A DNA stretch of 64,000 bases from Lama glama (Eukaryota), in the NCBI GenBank assembly GCA_028534125.1, contig CM052816.1, forward strand, positions 61,320,001-61,384,000. Reading direction: 5' to 3'. The first letter of the stretch is position 1. Each line of letters starts with the position of its first letter. The notes beneath the pieces were generated by a model. The model did no database searches and had not been told where the DNA came from. It saw only the letters and a list, made by a program, of their open reading frames with translations. A program made the position numbers and the translations under genes. Positions 50,010-62,665 of the stretch are shown here, piece by piece.

Positions 50010-51269
50010 TCCCTCACACCATACACAAAAATAAACTCAAATTGGCTTAAAGACTTAAAGAAGACATGATACCATAAAATTCCTTGAAGAGAACACAGGC
50101 AAAACATTCTCTGACATAAATGGCAGCAATGTTTTCTTACATCAGTCTCCCAAGGCAATAGAAATAAAAGCAAAAATAAACAATGGGACCTAATCAAACA
50201 TAAGCTTTTTGCACAGCAAAGGAAACCATGAACAAAATGAAAAGATAACTTACACACTGGGAGAAAATATTTGGAAATGACGCAACTGACAAGGGCTTAA
50301 TTTCCAAAATATGTAACAGCTCATACAACTCAGTAACAAAAGAACAACCAACCCAATCAAAAAATGGGCAGAAGACCTTAATAGACATTTCTCCAAAGAA
50401 GGCATCAAGATGGCCAATAGGCACATGAAAAGATGCTCAACATAGCTAATTAGTAGATAAATGCAAATCAAAACTACAGTGAGGTATCACCTCACACTGG
50501 TTAAGAATGGCCATCATCAAAAAGTCCACAAATAGCAAATGCTGGAGAGGATATGGAGGAAAGGGAATCTTCATAAATTGGTAGAGCCACTATGGATAAC
50601 AGTATGGAGGTTCCTTTAAAAACTAAAAACAGAGTTATCATATGATCCAACAATCCCACTCCTGGGCATATATCCGGAGAAAATTCAAATTGGAAAAGAT
50701 GCATGCACTCCAGTGTTCATAGAGCACTATTTTCAATGATCAAGACATGGAAGGAAACTAAATGTCCACTAACAGATGACTGGATAAAGAAGATGTCATA
50801 TATACACACAATGGAATATTAGTCATAAAAAAGAATGAAATAATGCCATTTGTAGCAACATGGATGGACCTAGAGGTTACATACTAAGTGAAGTCAGACA
50901 GAGAAAGACAAATATATGATATCACTTATATGTGGGATTTAAAAAAAAATGATACAAAGGAACTTATTTAAAAAACAGACTCATAGACATAGAAAACAAA
51001 CATAGTTACCAAAGGGGAAAGGTGGGAGAGGGATAAATTAGGAGTTTGGAATTAGCAGATACAAACTACTATATATGAAATAAACAAGGTCCTACTGTAT
51101 AGCACAGGGAACTATATTCAATATCTTGTAATAAACTATAATGGCAAAGAATCTGAAAAAGAATACGTATGTGTGTGTTATATAATTTTATATATATATA
51201 AAATTAAATCACTTTGTTGTATACCAGAAACTAACACAACATTGTAAACCAACTATACTTTAAAAAAAC
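50010..51269 (+). mobile_element. 5'-truncated L1 (ORF2 3' part plus 3'UTR), antisense in PPWD1 intron 7
   Basis: ORF2 remnants (HMKRCST, YDPTIPLLGIYP), an L1 3'UTR, an A-rich tail and an imperfect TSD ending in ctctgggg on both sides. Confidence 0.92.
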
Positions 51270-52782
51270 AAAAACAAACCCTCTGGGGAAAGAAAAAGTA
51301 AACGTGCTAATATTTTTTAATAGAGTGGATGGAAAATTAGTACATGTGTTTTTAGTGTATATCAAAAATTATCATTTATGATTTATTTTTACCTTCAAAA
51401 TAGTTAAATTACAGATAAAAACAAGAAAATTATTTTCCTTTAACATGTATTAATAAATTTTTAGTAATGAGTTTGAAAGTTAATAACAAAATCCTCATCT
51501 TAAAAGAATGTACCCATTTTAGGTTAAAAGCTTGGTTGGGGTAGGTAAACTATTTCCTACATTTACCAAATGCTGGTAACCTTTAGAGCATCACAGCTGC
51601 TTATAATATATAGCTAAATGAATGATTATACTACAATAGGCCACTTTACCAAATTCCATGGATTGAACAGTGAAGAAAACACACTGCCCTTTATGGATTT
51701 CATATCATCTTGAGGAGGGGAGAACAGTGTCAGAGACCAAAAACAAACAAAAAAAAACCCCAAGCAAAAAAACCTCAAAATATAAAAAACCAAAACAGCA
51801 AATTATTCCAACAAGTGTAACACATAATACAAGGAGGCACACCTAATCCAAATTTGATGTCAAGAGAAGGCTTCCAAGCTGAGACATCAAGTATGAGTAG
51901 GAACTGGGGAGACGTGTGTGTCTGGAAGAAGAAATAGCCTGTGCAAACGTCTACAGGCAAAAAAGAACATGCAACTATTGCAAATGGGATCAAGTTCAGT
52001 ATGGTCAGTATAGGAAATGAACTAAAAATGAAGAAAGATAAACTCAAAGCGCAGCTATTGTAGATAGCTGAGGAGTCATTAAAGGATTTTAGGCAGAAGA
52101 ATTATCACACGTGGGTCTTAGAAAGTCTCTTCCTGGGGAGTGAAGGACAGAATACAAGCACAGAGGTCTCTATACTTTAGATTTTTCTGCTTGGCTGAAC
52201 AATTAGAATGGCGCTATTCCTAGACAGCTTAGGAGTTTGATTCTGACCTCCATCGTAGGTCAGAATGTTTTATTTTTACGTGCAAAGTACTTCTCATTCT
52301 CCAGAAAAAAATTCTTCAGGAATTTACTATTCCAGGGTAGCATCATTACAGTGGAGTCAAAAGGTAAAAAGAGATGTAGTTAGAGAAGGAAGTATGCAAG
52401 TTCAGGGGAAAGAAGTTACGTTCAAGAGTAAAAGGTGAAAAATACTAAAACTGAAGAATTTTAAAATCTTCACAGCAAGAACTATTTTGGATCCAATTAT
52501 TACTACAACCACTTACTTCCTATCATCTTAGACAACACAAATAGTTATAGAAGCTGGGCTGAAAGGTTTTCACTACAGGATGGAAAACAGTACAGAAATA
52601 CTTAAAATCAAGACCTAGTTAAAAATTCTACAGTATTAATTTTGTAAAATGGTACTATGGTTGTTTAGAATGTCTACAATTATTGCCAACATTCTCTTCA
52701 GATGAAAGCACAAGCTAAGAAAATAAAACTCCAACCAAACTGGAAGAAATATTAAGGTGTATCTCCTAGTACTTCCACATAC

Positions 52783-52972
52783 CATATAAAATCTGTTCTT
52801 TTTGAAAGAGGTACACACTATTGTTGGGTCAGCTTGAATATTCTGAAGAACTGGATTTTCAGAAGCTTTCATTTCTATAGTAGTTGCAGCACGATGTTTT
52901 TTGGCTATTCCCTGAAACAAAGCCAACTGCATCACTCTAATATTCTCTTGCTTGCCTAAGATCCGCACACAC
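52783..52972 (-). CDS. PPWD1: PPWD1 exon 7
   Basis: ttccag|[28 protein letters not shown]...[13 protein letters not shown]|gtatgt. Confidence 0.96.
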
Positions 52973-53802
52973 CTGGAAAATATGTTTTATACAATAAAAT
53001 TATCAGGATTCACTCCAATTATAACAACTTTACAGATTAAAGTTCGGAATCAACTATCCTTTATCTTTGTACAAAATAACTAGTAAAAGGTTTATAAAAA
53101 GTGTTTCTTTACCCCTCCCACCACCCACAAAAAGTTATTTTAAATTGGTAGGTATCTATAATTTTCAGGTTAAAAAAATACAATCATTCATACAGTTTTA
53201 ACCTGTCCCTATTATCTTAATCTTCCTGCAACCCTTCAAAGATTTTGTATTGCCAAGAACTACAGAATAAATTTGTTTATATGTGAGAATGTACAGCACA
53301 AGATTTTTCCTCCTTTAAATATACTGTAAGTTCTTTTCATTTACATTCAGTGATAGTATCTGATTATAGCAATTTTGTTCTAAGACCAAATGGACTGTTT
53401 GCACAAAAGGCTTATTGTGGTTTCATGCATTTTAGCTTCTGATTTTATGTCTAGCAGGATGTAATGCTGAATTCTGTGGTTAAAATATTTGGCAACATTT
53501 AACATGAACCAGGCTAATTTAAATCAATAAGCAGGAGACAGACTGAAACTTGTTAAAAAAAAATTGCAACTATGCATATCTTCCTTCCATTTCTTTTACA
53601 AACATGAGTGGAAACTTTTTACATAAGATTATAAACAACCAAAAGACCACAGAAAAATCCAGTCAAAACATTTGGTTAAGTTTAGACGTTTGGGACCATT
53701 CCACTTGTCTTGGAACAAACAAAACTCCCATTGTTTCTCAGAAGGAGGAAATGGTCCTCCAAAAATGCATTTTTAAAAAGCACACATCATATTAAAGCTT
53801 AC

Positions 53803-53993
53803 CGGTTTGTTTCTACATTTATAACTTTAATGCCCAGCATTGTTCCATATAGCACGAAGTGTCCAGTTTCATCAAAAACTATATTAATTAATCTTACTGC
53901 ATCCACCTTCTCCAGTTCACGTTCTACAGCCATTCGTCGGCCAAATTCCATGTCTGGTAGCTGTTGCCTCATCTGCTGCAGTTCAGTAAACAT
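53803..53993 (-). CDS. PPWD1: PPWD1 exon 6
   Basis: cttag|[35 protein letters not shown]...VINVETN; CG|gtaag. Confidence 0.96.
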
Positions 53994-54242
53994 CTAAGAA
54001 ACAAACCATTTATTAACAAAAAAGCTACGTGATAAAGGGAATGAGAATTTAAACAGAAGCAGAGTATACATTAAGAGCCACTGACAGGATTCTAAACACT
54101 ACAAGCAGGAAATAAAAAGGCATTAATAAGTTCAATTATTAAAAAAACCCAGTATTTACACTAACTAGTTCTTCTAATGAAAAAGATACATAACTATTGC
54201 TTTCTTTACAGAAACATACCTGGTACTTTTATAAGCCACAGA

Positions 54243-54585
54243 CTAGCACTTTCCAAATGAAACATAATGCAAACCACATATGTAACTTTAAATTTTTTAG
54301 TAGCTCCTTTAAACAAAGTAAAAATAATCAGGTAAAATTAATCTTAATGTTTTTTTCAGTCCAATATATACAAAATATTATCAAAAGACCTTAAGCAATA
54401 TGAAAAATATTAAAACATTAAGCAATATAAAAAATGAAGTAAGTTATATTCTTTTTTTCCTTAAGTCTTTGAAATCCTGTGTGTATTTTATACTTTTAGC
54501 CCATCTCACTTTGTACCAGTCACATACCAAGTGCTCAACAGCCATATGTGGCTAATGGCTATTAAATTGGACAATGAAGCTATAG
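54243..54585. mobile_element. hAT-Charlie MITE (MER33-like)
   Basis: ataatgcaaaccacatatgtaactttaaattttttagtagc ... caagtgctcaacagccatatgtggctaatggcta. Confidence 0.65.
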
Positions 54586-56339
54586 ATTGTGAGGTCCTTG
54601 TACAAGGATCATGGGCCTGCCATATTTTTGTTGAATGAATGATTCAATTCATTTTGCTGAATGAATGAACTCTCTAATGATTTCACTAATTTATTAAAAT
54701 TTGATGATATCTCAGAAAATGTTTCAAGTTGTTTTGGTGTATCACTACAGTTATATCATTAGGTAAATGTGATTTGGGATAGATGAATATTTTTATGAGT
54801 GTCCTTTAGTTTGGACATTCGGTTTACTTTTATTGAGATATTTAATACACCACTTCCAAGATAGGGGGTCACATCTTAATTACGATGTACTACCACACTC
54901 TAAGTCTCTCAAAATATGTAATCTTTACATTTAGTTTGCCAGCCATTTAGAGCAACAAACTGGAGAAATCAAAAATAGCTCTCCACTGCAGATGAAAAGA
55001 AGCCAGGCTTATGTCCCATCTATTTCCTATTTTCATGCCTGCATTAATAAAATCTCCAGTTTTTCTAGGTATGGAAAGAACAACAATATACACAACTTTA
55101 AAAATGAAAAAGCGCCACGTGTATTAGGGAACAACATGAGGCAAAGGTCTTCTAGGAGAGCTAAAAAGCCTGGTCATTAGGGTTTCTTGTCTCCAGTCTC
55201 TGACACTGATGTGCTGCTTTACTCTTTTGCTGGAAACAGCCTAGATGCTGGACTACATTTTTGTAGTGTGGGACTCCGATTATTTTTGCTAGAGAGAAGA
55301 TTCAGTTTCAAGACTTAAAAGTTTGCAGATGGCCATCTGCTCACATATAAATATTTTATAAATGTTAATTCAGCCTTTTAAGCAATCAGTTGTCTTTTTA
55401 CAGTATTCAAGCTTTAATAGCAGGGCTTCTATGACTTCTATTACTGCATGGTCACAAGCAGTGATCCTAGTTAATAAAAACTAGAGGATAAAACTTTACA
55501 TCATCCAATTAAATTTGTCTATTTTAACTAGGACTCTAACCAGCTAGAAGCTCCCTCCCTTAACATGGAACTATGGGATTCTAGTCATTAACTAGTCACT
55601 AGCATTGTCACTTATTTGATTGGCATTTGGCCTTTTTTCCTGCAAACTCTCTCATTCTCAATCTCAACTTCTCTCATATGCTTTGCTACTGACTTCCTCT
55701 TATTACCCTAGTCCTGTAACTTCAACTTGTTGAAGACAACAATGAAGAAAGAGTGGATTAAACAGCTCAGAGAACAGATTTTAAGTATTTTTCATAAGGA
55801 ATCTTGTTAGACTTGTAAGTTATAAAGAGTTTTAAAAATTACATTTAAGTTGAAACTAATATGTAGTTACCAGCTACCATAAAGAAGAATACATCATAAG
55901 AGAAGATTTTCCTTTAAAGCATAATGGAAAGCTATCTTGTTCCATCAAGAAAATGAGTCATGAGGATGACCTGACTAGCAAATGAATTTTTCCTTTTGTC
56001 TGGATTCATATTACTTCAGGTAGATAATCCACCCAACTTACAACCACTTGCCACCTACTAAGAGTATCACCTGAGTGGTAGAATTTTTGAAGAGCTTAAT
56101 GCAGGAACCTAATGTAAACTGGTGACTACCAAGACTGTAGAATTGACATTATTATATAAAAAACACTATTGCTACAAATTCAATCCACAGACTTTCAGAG
56201 GATTTGACATACCATTAGCAGTTAGAGAACCACTTGATGGAAACAGGTGATGAGACTCAAATTTCCATGAAACCTAGTTACCTTTGTGTGGATAAAAACT
56301 CTTATTCCACAACTACATGCTCTAACAAATTCTCATTAG

Positions 56340-57020
56340 CAGTAATTATGTATTAGGTACTATTCTTAGTGCTTGAAATACAATGATGAGCAAAACAGAT
56401 ACAGGGCCAGAGATCACACTCAGTTGAGTCTATTGGGGGTGGGTATACATTAATCAAACAATAAGATCATACAAAATACTGTAAGAGAAAATAAACAGAG
56501 TGATACACAGCCACATAAAAAAAGTTCTCCTTTCACTATTGGATGAATAGTGAAAGATTCCCAGGGGAAATGACTCTTTGAGATTTGAAGGATGAGTTCA
56601 ATAGGTAATGGGAGGAATCACTCCCGCCACCAGGAACAGCATATGCAAAGACCCTGTGGTGGGAGGCATATTCAAGAAATTAAAAGGCCTAACTGGCTAG
56701 AGTAAGAGGCAGGGAGAAAGGTGATTTACCGTAGGTTGGAGTGGTAGGCAGGGACACAACACGGCAGATCTTAATCCTAAGAACAACAATAGGAGAAAGC
56801 AGAATAGATACAGGGAGCAGGAAATGCAATAGGCCAGGGAAAAGATTATGAACTAGGATAATGACAGCTGTGCTAGAAGGAAATGGATGGATTTAAAGTA
56901 CATGTAGAAAATAAAATCAACAGGATTCATGATGAATTAAATAGAGGGGTGAGAAAAAGAGTTAAAGATGACTCAGGTTTCTGGCTTGTGCAAGCAGACA
57001 GATATTGGTGTCATTCATGA
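56340..57020 (-). mobile_element. LINE-2 fragment
   Basis: aggtactattcttagtgcttg...caggaacagcatatgcaaagaccctgtgg...aaagatgactcaggtttctggcttg. Confidence 0.6.
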
Positions 57021-57435
57021 AGACAGCAAAAAGAAAAAGAATAAAAGAACAGGAGACTCAGTCTGTTTATAATAGAAAGCTGGAGAAATAAATTTGGAAG
57101 CAGTCATACAGACAGACAAGAATGAACAGCATAAGAAGAAAAGGAGGCCTAGCATGAATTTTAGAACCTCAAAAGAATGAGTTTGCAAACAAAACTGAAA
57201 AAACAGCCACATTAAGTGTAAGTGGCTCAGAAGATAATACATCCTAAACGTAGGGAAGAAAGTTTTACAGAGCAACAATGCAAGACAGCAGACAGCTGAA
57301 TAATATCTTTAATATCTTAAGAGAAAATAACTATCAATCTAAATGTCTGTAACCAGAAAAATATCTTTAAAGAAATGGCAAAAAATAAAGACATTTTCAG
57401 AAAGTAAAATTAGATTAAATTTATATTGCACTTAC

Positions 57436-57883
57436 ACTTAATGATTCATCAAAGACTCTCATGAGTTTTCCAGTTAAAAATCTGAAAATTCTAACTTTTC
57501 TATCAGAACCAATAGTAGCTATTTTCTTCCCATCAGGTGAAAAACATATGCTGGTCGGATAAGACTTGCACTTGGCAAATTCATATAAATCTGTGTCAGT
57601 TTTATATTCCCAGTTCACATTTTTGGGGAATTTATACTCATGAGGAGGACCAGTCCAGTATTCAATCATTCCAGATTTGTCAGAAGACACTATTGCTTTG
57701 TAAACTGGGTTTAGCCGTATCTGAGTAAGAGGTGATGCGTGGAGTTTGTCAAAAATATGTAATGGCTGGTTATCTCCTCGACCATCGTAAATGAAGATTT
57801 TTCCTGTACTCTTCTCAGAAGCAGCAACTGAAGATATGGCATCCCCTGGGCAATAGATCCACTCACATTGTCCCGGAAAATAG
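57436..57883 (-). CDS. PPWD1: PPWD1 exon 5 (448 nt, WD40 repeats)
   Basis: tttag|[21 protein letters not shown]...[11 protein letters not shown]...[20 protein letters not shown]...VFDESLS; AGT|gtaagt. Confidence 0.96.
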
Positions 57884-58379
57884 CTAAAATAGTAAAGAAT
57901 TGAGGGGGAAAAAAGAGGTCAATACAAGTAAGCAACCCTCCCCACTCTCATCAGCAAAAAATGTCCTGGCCAATGATTTAGCTTGTTTTGGATTCCTTGC
58001 TCAAAAGTAGCAGAGAGACACAGAAAAACAATGAAGAATAGCCTCTATTTTTTCTCTTTCTGATCACATCAATGCAACGATAACTTCTGAAGATCTATCA
58101 AAGCACAAGAAGGGAACTGTATACAGCAGATCATTTATAGGGAAACCTAACCAGACCTGGGCCCTAAAATATTCTGTGGTATAGTTTTTTAGATCTCTGT
58201 GTCTTGATCTATGTATAACTTACTTTTAAATAGGTTAGCATGTAACAGTATACTTTATAAATCCATTCTTGAAATATTTAAGATCAAAATATTTTAGTCA
58301 TGACTATGCTCCAAAGAAAAACATTCTGATATTACATTCTCATTATTGGTAACTTGATCTTAAAACCATGAGCTTTGAA

Positions 58380-59228
58380 CATACTACCTGATAAACTATA
58401 CAAGAACTGGGACAGATTTAATCAATGCACCAAACTCAAACTCAAATGTTTGTTGTCTCCTTCAAAGTAGTCAGCCTGAGAAGTTACACAGTTATTCCAA
58501 TGATTGAGCTAAAGCTCATAACTTTTTTGGGGACTCTCAGAATTCCTACCAAAGGTTAAAAAATTACAGGCACACCTTGAAGATATTGCAGGTTCAGTTT
58601 CAGACCACTGCAATAAAGTGAAAATCGCAATAAAGAGAGCCACACAGATTTTTTTGGTTTCCCAGAGCATATAAAGTTATGTTTATATTATCTGTGGTCT
58701 ATTAAGTGTGCAACTGCACTATGTCTAAAAAAACCAATGTACATATCTTAATTAAAAAATCATCTGAGCCTTCAGCAAATCATAATCTTTTTGCAATAGT
58801 AACATCAAAGATCACTGATTGCCATAACAAATATCGTAATAGTGAAAAAGTGTGAAATATTTTTAGAATTACTGAAATGTGAAATAATGACACAAAGTGA
58901 GCAAATGCTTTTGGAAAAATGGTGACTTGCTTAACACAGGGTTGCCACACACTTCAATTTGTAAAAAGTACAATATCTACAAAGTGCAACAAAACGAGGT
59001 ATGCCTGTACTCTTTCAACATCCTCAGAGGTAGCAAATGTTCAACATTTATGAATAGATTTAAATTTTTTTAAATAGGTAAACCATGGGGGAAACAAATC
59101 TGGGGAAAAGGAGATGATCAATAGGTATTTCTACTTGTAGTCAAAAAATAAGTTCTGATCATACATAACAAGACTGATTTCCTTTAGTGGCTCATAAATT
59201 GGTTTTGGAGGAAATTCCAAAAGAAGTT
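58380..59228. mobile_element. Mariner-type relic (MARNA-like) split by a Tigger insertion
   Basis: ttcaaagtagtca...gttattccaatgat to the left and aacatcctcagaggtagcaaat...gtggctcataaattgg...aattccaaaagaag to the right of the Tigger. Confidence 0.5.
58567..59007 (-). mobile_element. Internally deleted Tigger1 derivative (Tc1/mariner MITE, 441 bp)
   Basis: TIRs CAGGCACACCTTG and CGAGGTATGCCTG flanked by TA at 58565-58566 and 59008-59009. Confidence 0.88.
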
Positions 59229-59590
59229 CTGCTACATACTGAATAGTGTAGTTACATTCCCACCCCTACCCCTCACTGCTCCCTTCACACCTTGAAGCTC
59301 TAATCCCTAATCCCTTTCTCTGGAGAAAAGGTCTTTAAGAGCTAATTAAGGTTAAACGAGGTCATAACCATAGGGCCCTAATCCCACAGGCCTGTGGCCT
59401 TCTAAGAAGTGAAAAGCAAGATACCATCCCTGCCTTGTTCCCAATGATGATAAAGTGTGAAACCCAGAAGAGTGCTCACAGGAAACTACACCCTGCTGGA
59501 ACCTCGGTTTTGGACTTTCCAATCTCCAGAACTGTGAGAAAATAAATTTCTGTTGCTTAAGCTACCCAGTCGATGGTCTTTTGTTTAGTC
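59229..59590 (+). mobile_element. MaLR solo LTR (MLT1A/B-like)
   Basis: ggtctttaagagctaattaaggttaaacgaggtcata ... ccagaactgtgagaaaataaatttctgttgcttaagctacccagtc. Confidence 0.8.
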
Positions 59591-60026
59591 TCATTCCCAT
59601 AGAGTCTAACCACAGAGTCTGGGTATCAATGTACTTCAAAGTTCAAAATCACTAACAACTCCAAAAATGTGCATAAGCCTTATAAGAAAACAATCCCACA
59701 TTACTGAACTAAGCACAGCAAGGAAGTTGATTCCAAGTGCTAATAAATTAGACATGAAGGATCCTCATTAATTTACTAAGTCGTATTAAGTGGATATAAC
59801 GACTCCTTGATGCTGTTTGGAAATTTCTGCTGTGATTAACAACAAAAACCACAGCAGAAGTTTTCAAACAGCATCATAACAAGGATTCATAATATCTAAT
59901 TTTTCTGAGTAAAACCTAAAGGCGCATTTTTTAATGGAATAGTAATATATTCTGTTCATGTAATGGTTAAGTTCAGTTTAAAAATTATTTCACTAAGTAA
60001 AAAACTATACTTTAAAAAAGACTTAC

Positions 60027-60147
60027 CCAAGCTTTAGCATATTGATCATGTCAAAGTTCACTACATCAAACACCTTCATTGCTTTATCATCACCCACAGA
60101 ACAGAACAATGCTCCCTCAGAGCTAACTGCAATACTCTCGATAACTC
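60027..60147 (-). CDS. PPWD1: PPWD1 exon 4
   Basis: aatag|[46 protein letters not shown]|gtaagt. Confidence 0.96.
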
Positions 60148-60280
60148 CTATTTAAATAAATCAAATTAAAACAGTCTAGTAAATACCAATGAAATAAATG
60201 GACATGATTCAAAAAAAATTTTTTAAAGAAACTTCAACGAATACAATTTAAAAAGAGAGAAAAAAAAGTGAAATTCTTAC

Positions 60281-60381
60281 CGAGGTGACTACGAAAATGT
60301 TTAACAAATTCAATCCCCTCTTCTATTTTTTTCCAGAATTTAACATGTCCATCATGACTGGCAGTAATAATAAAGTCTGTC
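60281..60381 (-). CDS. PPWD1: PPWD1 exon 3
   Basis: tgcag|[38 protein letters not shown]|gtaag. Confidence 0.96.
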
Positions 60382-61397
60382 CTGCATATATAAATTGTGG
60401 GAATTAATTTCTAATGCAGATATAAGAATCACTTAGCAACTGCAAAGCAATCATTCATTGAGAATCTTGGACTCTTTTGTAACAGATTTGTAAAAAACCC
60501 CCAAAAAACCCAAAAAACTTTCTTTATGCAGACCACTAGATTAGGGTAGAAAGAACACAGCAAAATCTGAAGCTTTTTTCTGTCTATCATAACAACTGCT
60601 GCTGCACTAATTTCAACCCTAAGAGCTAGGCTCAGAATTGACCTAGGACTTGACATTAAAAAAACAAACCAAAACAAAAAAAACCTCACTGGGAATCACT
60701 AGATTTTGGGAGTTCTTTATTGCTAAAATTACCTTATAGGCAGTTTTTTCACAGGAAAAATGTACCATTTTTCCAAAGCTGATAAATAATTAAATTGCAA
60801 TATACTACTTTCATATACAGCAAGATTCAATGTAAGTGTGTTTTGTATCTTATCCCAAGTATTTTGATTGTTGGTATGAAAAAGATTTTGTACAGTATAG
60901 CTTTCTCTGTCAGCTATATAAAAATAGAAACCATTTATTGAAACGTGGTATGTAACTAAGATAATGTGTACTATTATTATTATCCTTCTACAAATCCCCA
61001 TTTATCTATTTTGAAGGTCCTGTGACATTTCCACAACGTCTTAGTTCTCATCATTTCCCCCTTGAGTACTGAGGATGTCAGCTACCAACTACTCCCATCT
61101 TAACTAATACACCCTTCTTCTGGGAAGCTCAGGTACTACCTGGATCATCCTCTTTTGGCATTTATCTCCAGAAGACATATACACAAAATAGGGAATTTTA
61201 TCTTAGAGAAGGCACTCCCTGTATGATACAGAAAAGAGCATGTAGGTCTTTATTTAACTTAAACTAATACAAAATCTATGGAATTGAATAGAAATCCATT
61301 AATACACTAAAATTACTTCTACAAATCCACCTCAAAATTGAAGTGTTTAAAACAAAATTAAACTTTTCATAAAAAGATGAAGATGTGATAGACTTAC

Positions 61398-61500
61398 TTG
61401 GTGCACACCACATGGGTGATAACATCTCTATGCATGTAGCTCCGTTCATACATGGACGCACTGGGGAGATTATCAAGATAGACTCTTTCAAACTCTAGAA
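61398..61500 (-). CDS. PPWD1: PPWD1 exon 2
   Basis: cttag|[43 protein letters not shown]|gtaagt. Confidence 0.95.
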
Positions 61501-62269
61501 CTAAGGGAAAAAAGTAAAGAAAAAATTTTATTTTTTAACAACTGGAACTAAACACTATTTTGTATTTTCTTCTAGATTTTAATTTCTCTCAATTCATGTG
61601 TAATGAAAAAAATGTCTGTTATGTCAGTTGTAACTTTTATTATTTCACAGAACTGAGTAACATCATTATTTAATCAGTCAGGACAGGTTCTCAGGCATTA
61701 TATAGATGTTTAACTGTTACCAGAACTTAAGAATTGAGTGGTTCTGGCTTAATGTAAAGCTTTCATTAAAAACAAAAACCTTAAAGTTTCATGAAAATAT
61801 CACAACCATCTTTCTAATCACGTAGATTCAATTTTTGTGCTAATTTAAATAAATAATGAGGTCAGTGGTCATCTATATTTCTCAATTTATCTTGAAGGCA
61901 CTGACCCTCTTTGAAGTCACTGATACCAGGTTTGAAACAAATAGACACAATAAAAACTTAGATTTTTAGAGCTGAGAAAGTCCTGGAGAGTATCTAGTTG
62001 AGTGCGTCTCAAGCTTTTTACAAGAACAAAATATTTTTAAAGTGGCAATCTGAGTAAATATTTCATTATATGAGCTATGAAAAATTTTTCCAGTAAGAAA
62101 TAACATTTTATGTGTACCTAATAAAACAGTCCAATGATGGCCAAAGTTGCTATAATAAGTTGCTAAATGAAACACAAGCTGTTTCATAGTTTTTTCTAAT
62201 TACTAAATAGCAGACTCAAAGTTGTGTCCAACAAGCTACTTTTGCCTTTTTAGTAAAAGAATTCCCATT

Positions 62270-62665
62270 TTTGTATGGGAATATTGACATCCAGCTATAA
62301 GAAGACCTTCTCTACAGTTACATGTGACCATGTGCCAATGAGATAAAAGTGGAAGTATTGTATAACAGTCAAGAAGTCTCCTTGAAGAGATGTGCCCTTC
62401 TTCCTTTCCTCAACCTACAGCTTGGAACCGGGAGATGAGCACTGTAATTCTAATAACTGCTAAGGACAAAGATGAAGTCCATACACTAGTGATGTTAGGG
62501 CAGAAAGCTGGAGAGAGCCTACGTCCCTTTGGAGCCTCCACACCAACCTTAGATTGTCTATTTTAGGACTTTTACTCATGAGAGAAGTATACCTCTATCT
62601 TTTTAATGTTACTGTCATTTTGGATTTTTCTATAATATGTAGCTAAATTTAATTCTATCTGATAC
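62270..62665 (+). mobile_element. Old MaLR LTR (MLT1-type)
   Basis: tgtgaccatgtgccaatgagataaaagtggaagt ... ggacttttactcatgagagaag ... ctgataca terminus. Confidence 0.5.

Larger units (their letters stand above)
44849..61500 (-). other. PPWD1: PPWD1 gene, coding exons 2-11 (WD40 repeats plus cyclophilin PPIase); exon 1 lies right of the window
   Basis: Ten phase-consistent exons totalling 1745 nt; cyclophilin motifs [28 protein letters not shown] and [10 protein letters not shown]. Confidence 0.97.

Noticed and set aside
49982..50704. Cluster of minus-strand ORFs of 67-91 aa
   Set aside because: Antisense translations of a degenerate L1 ORF2.
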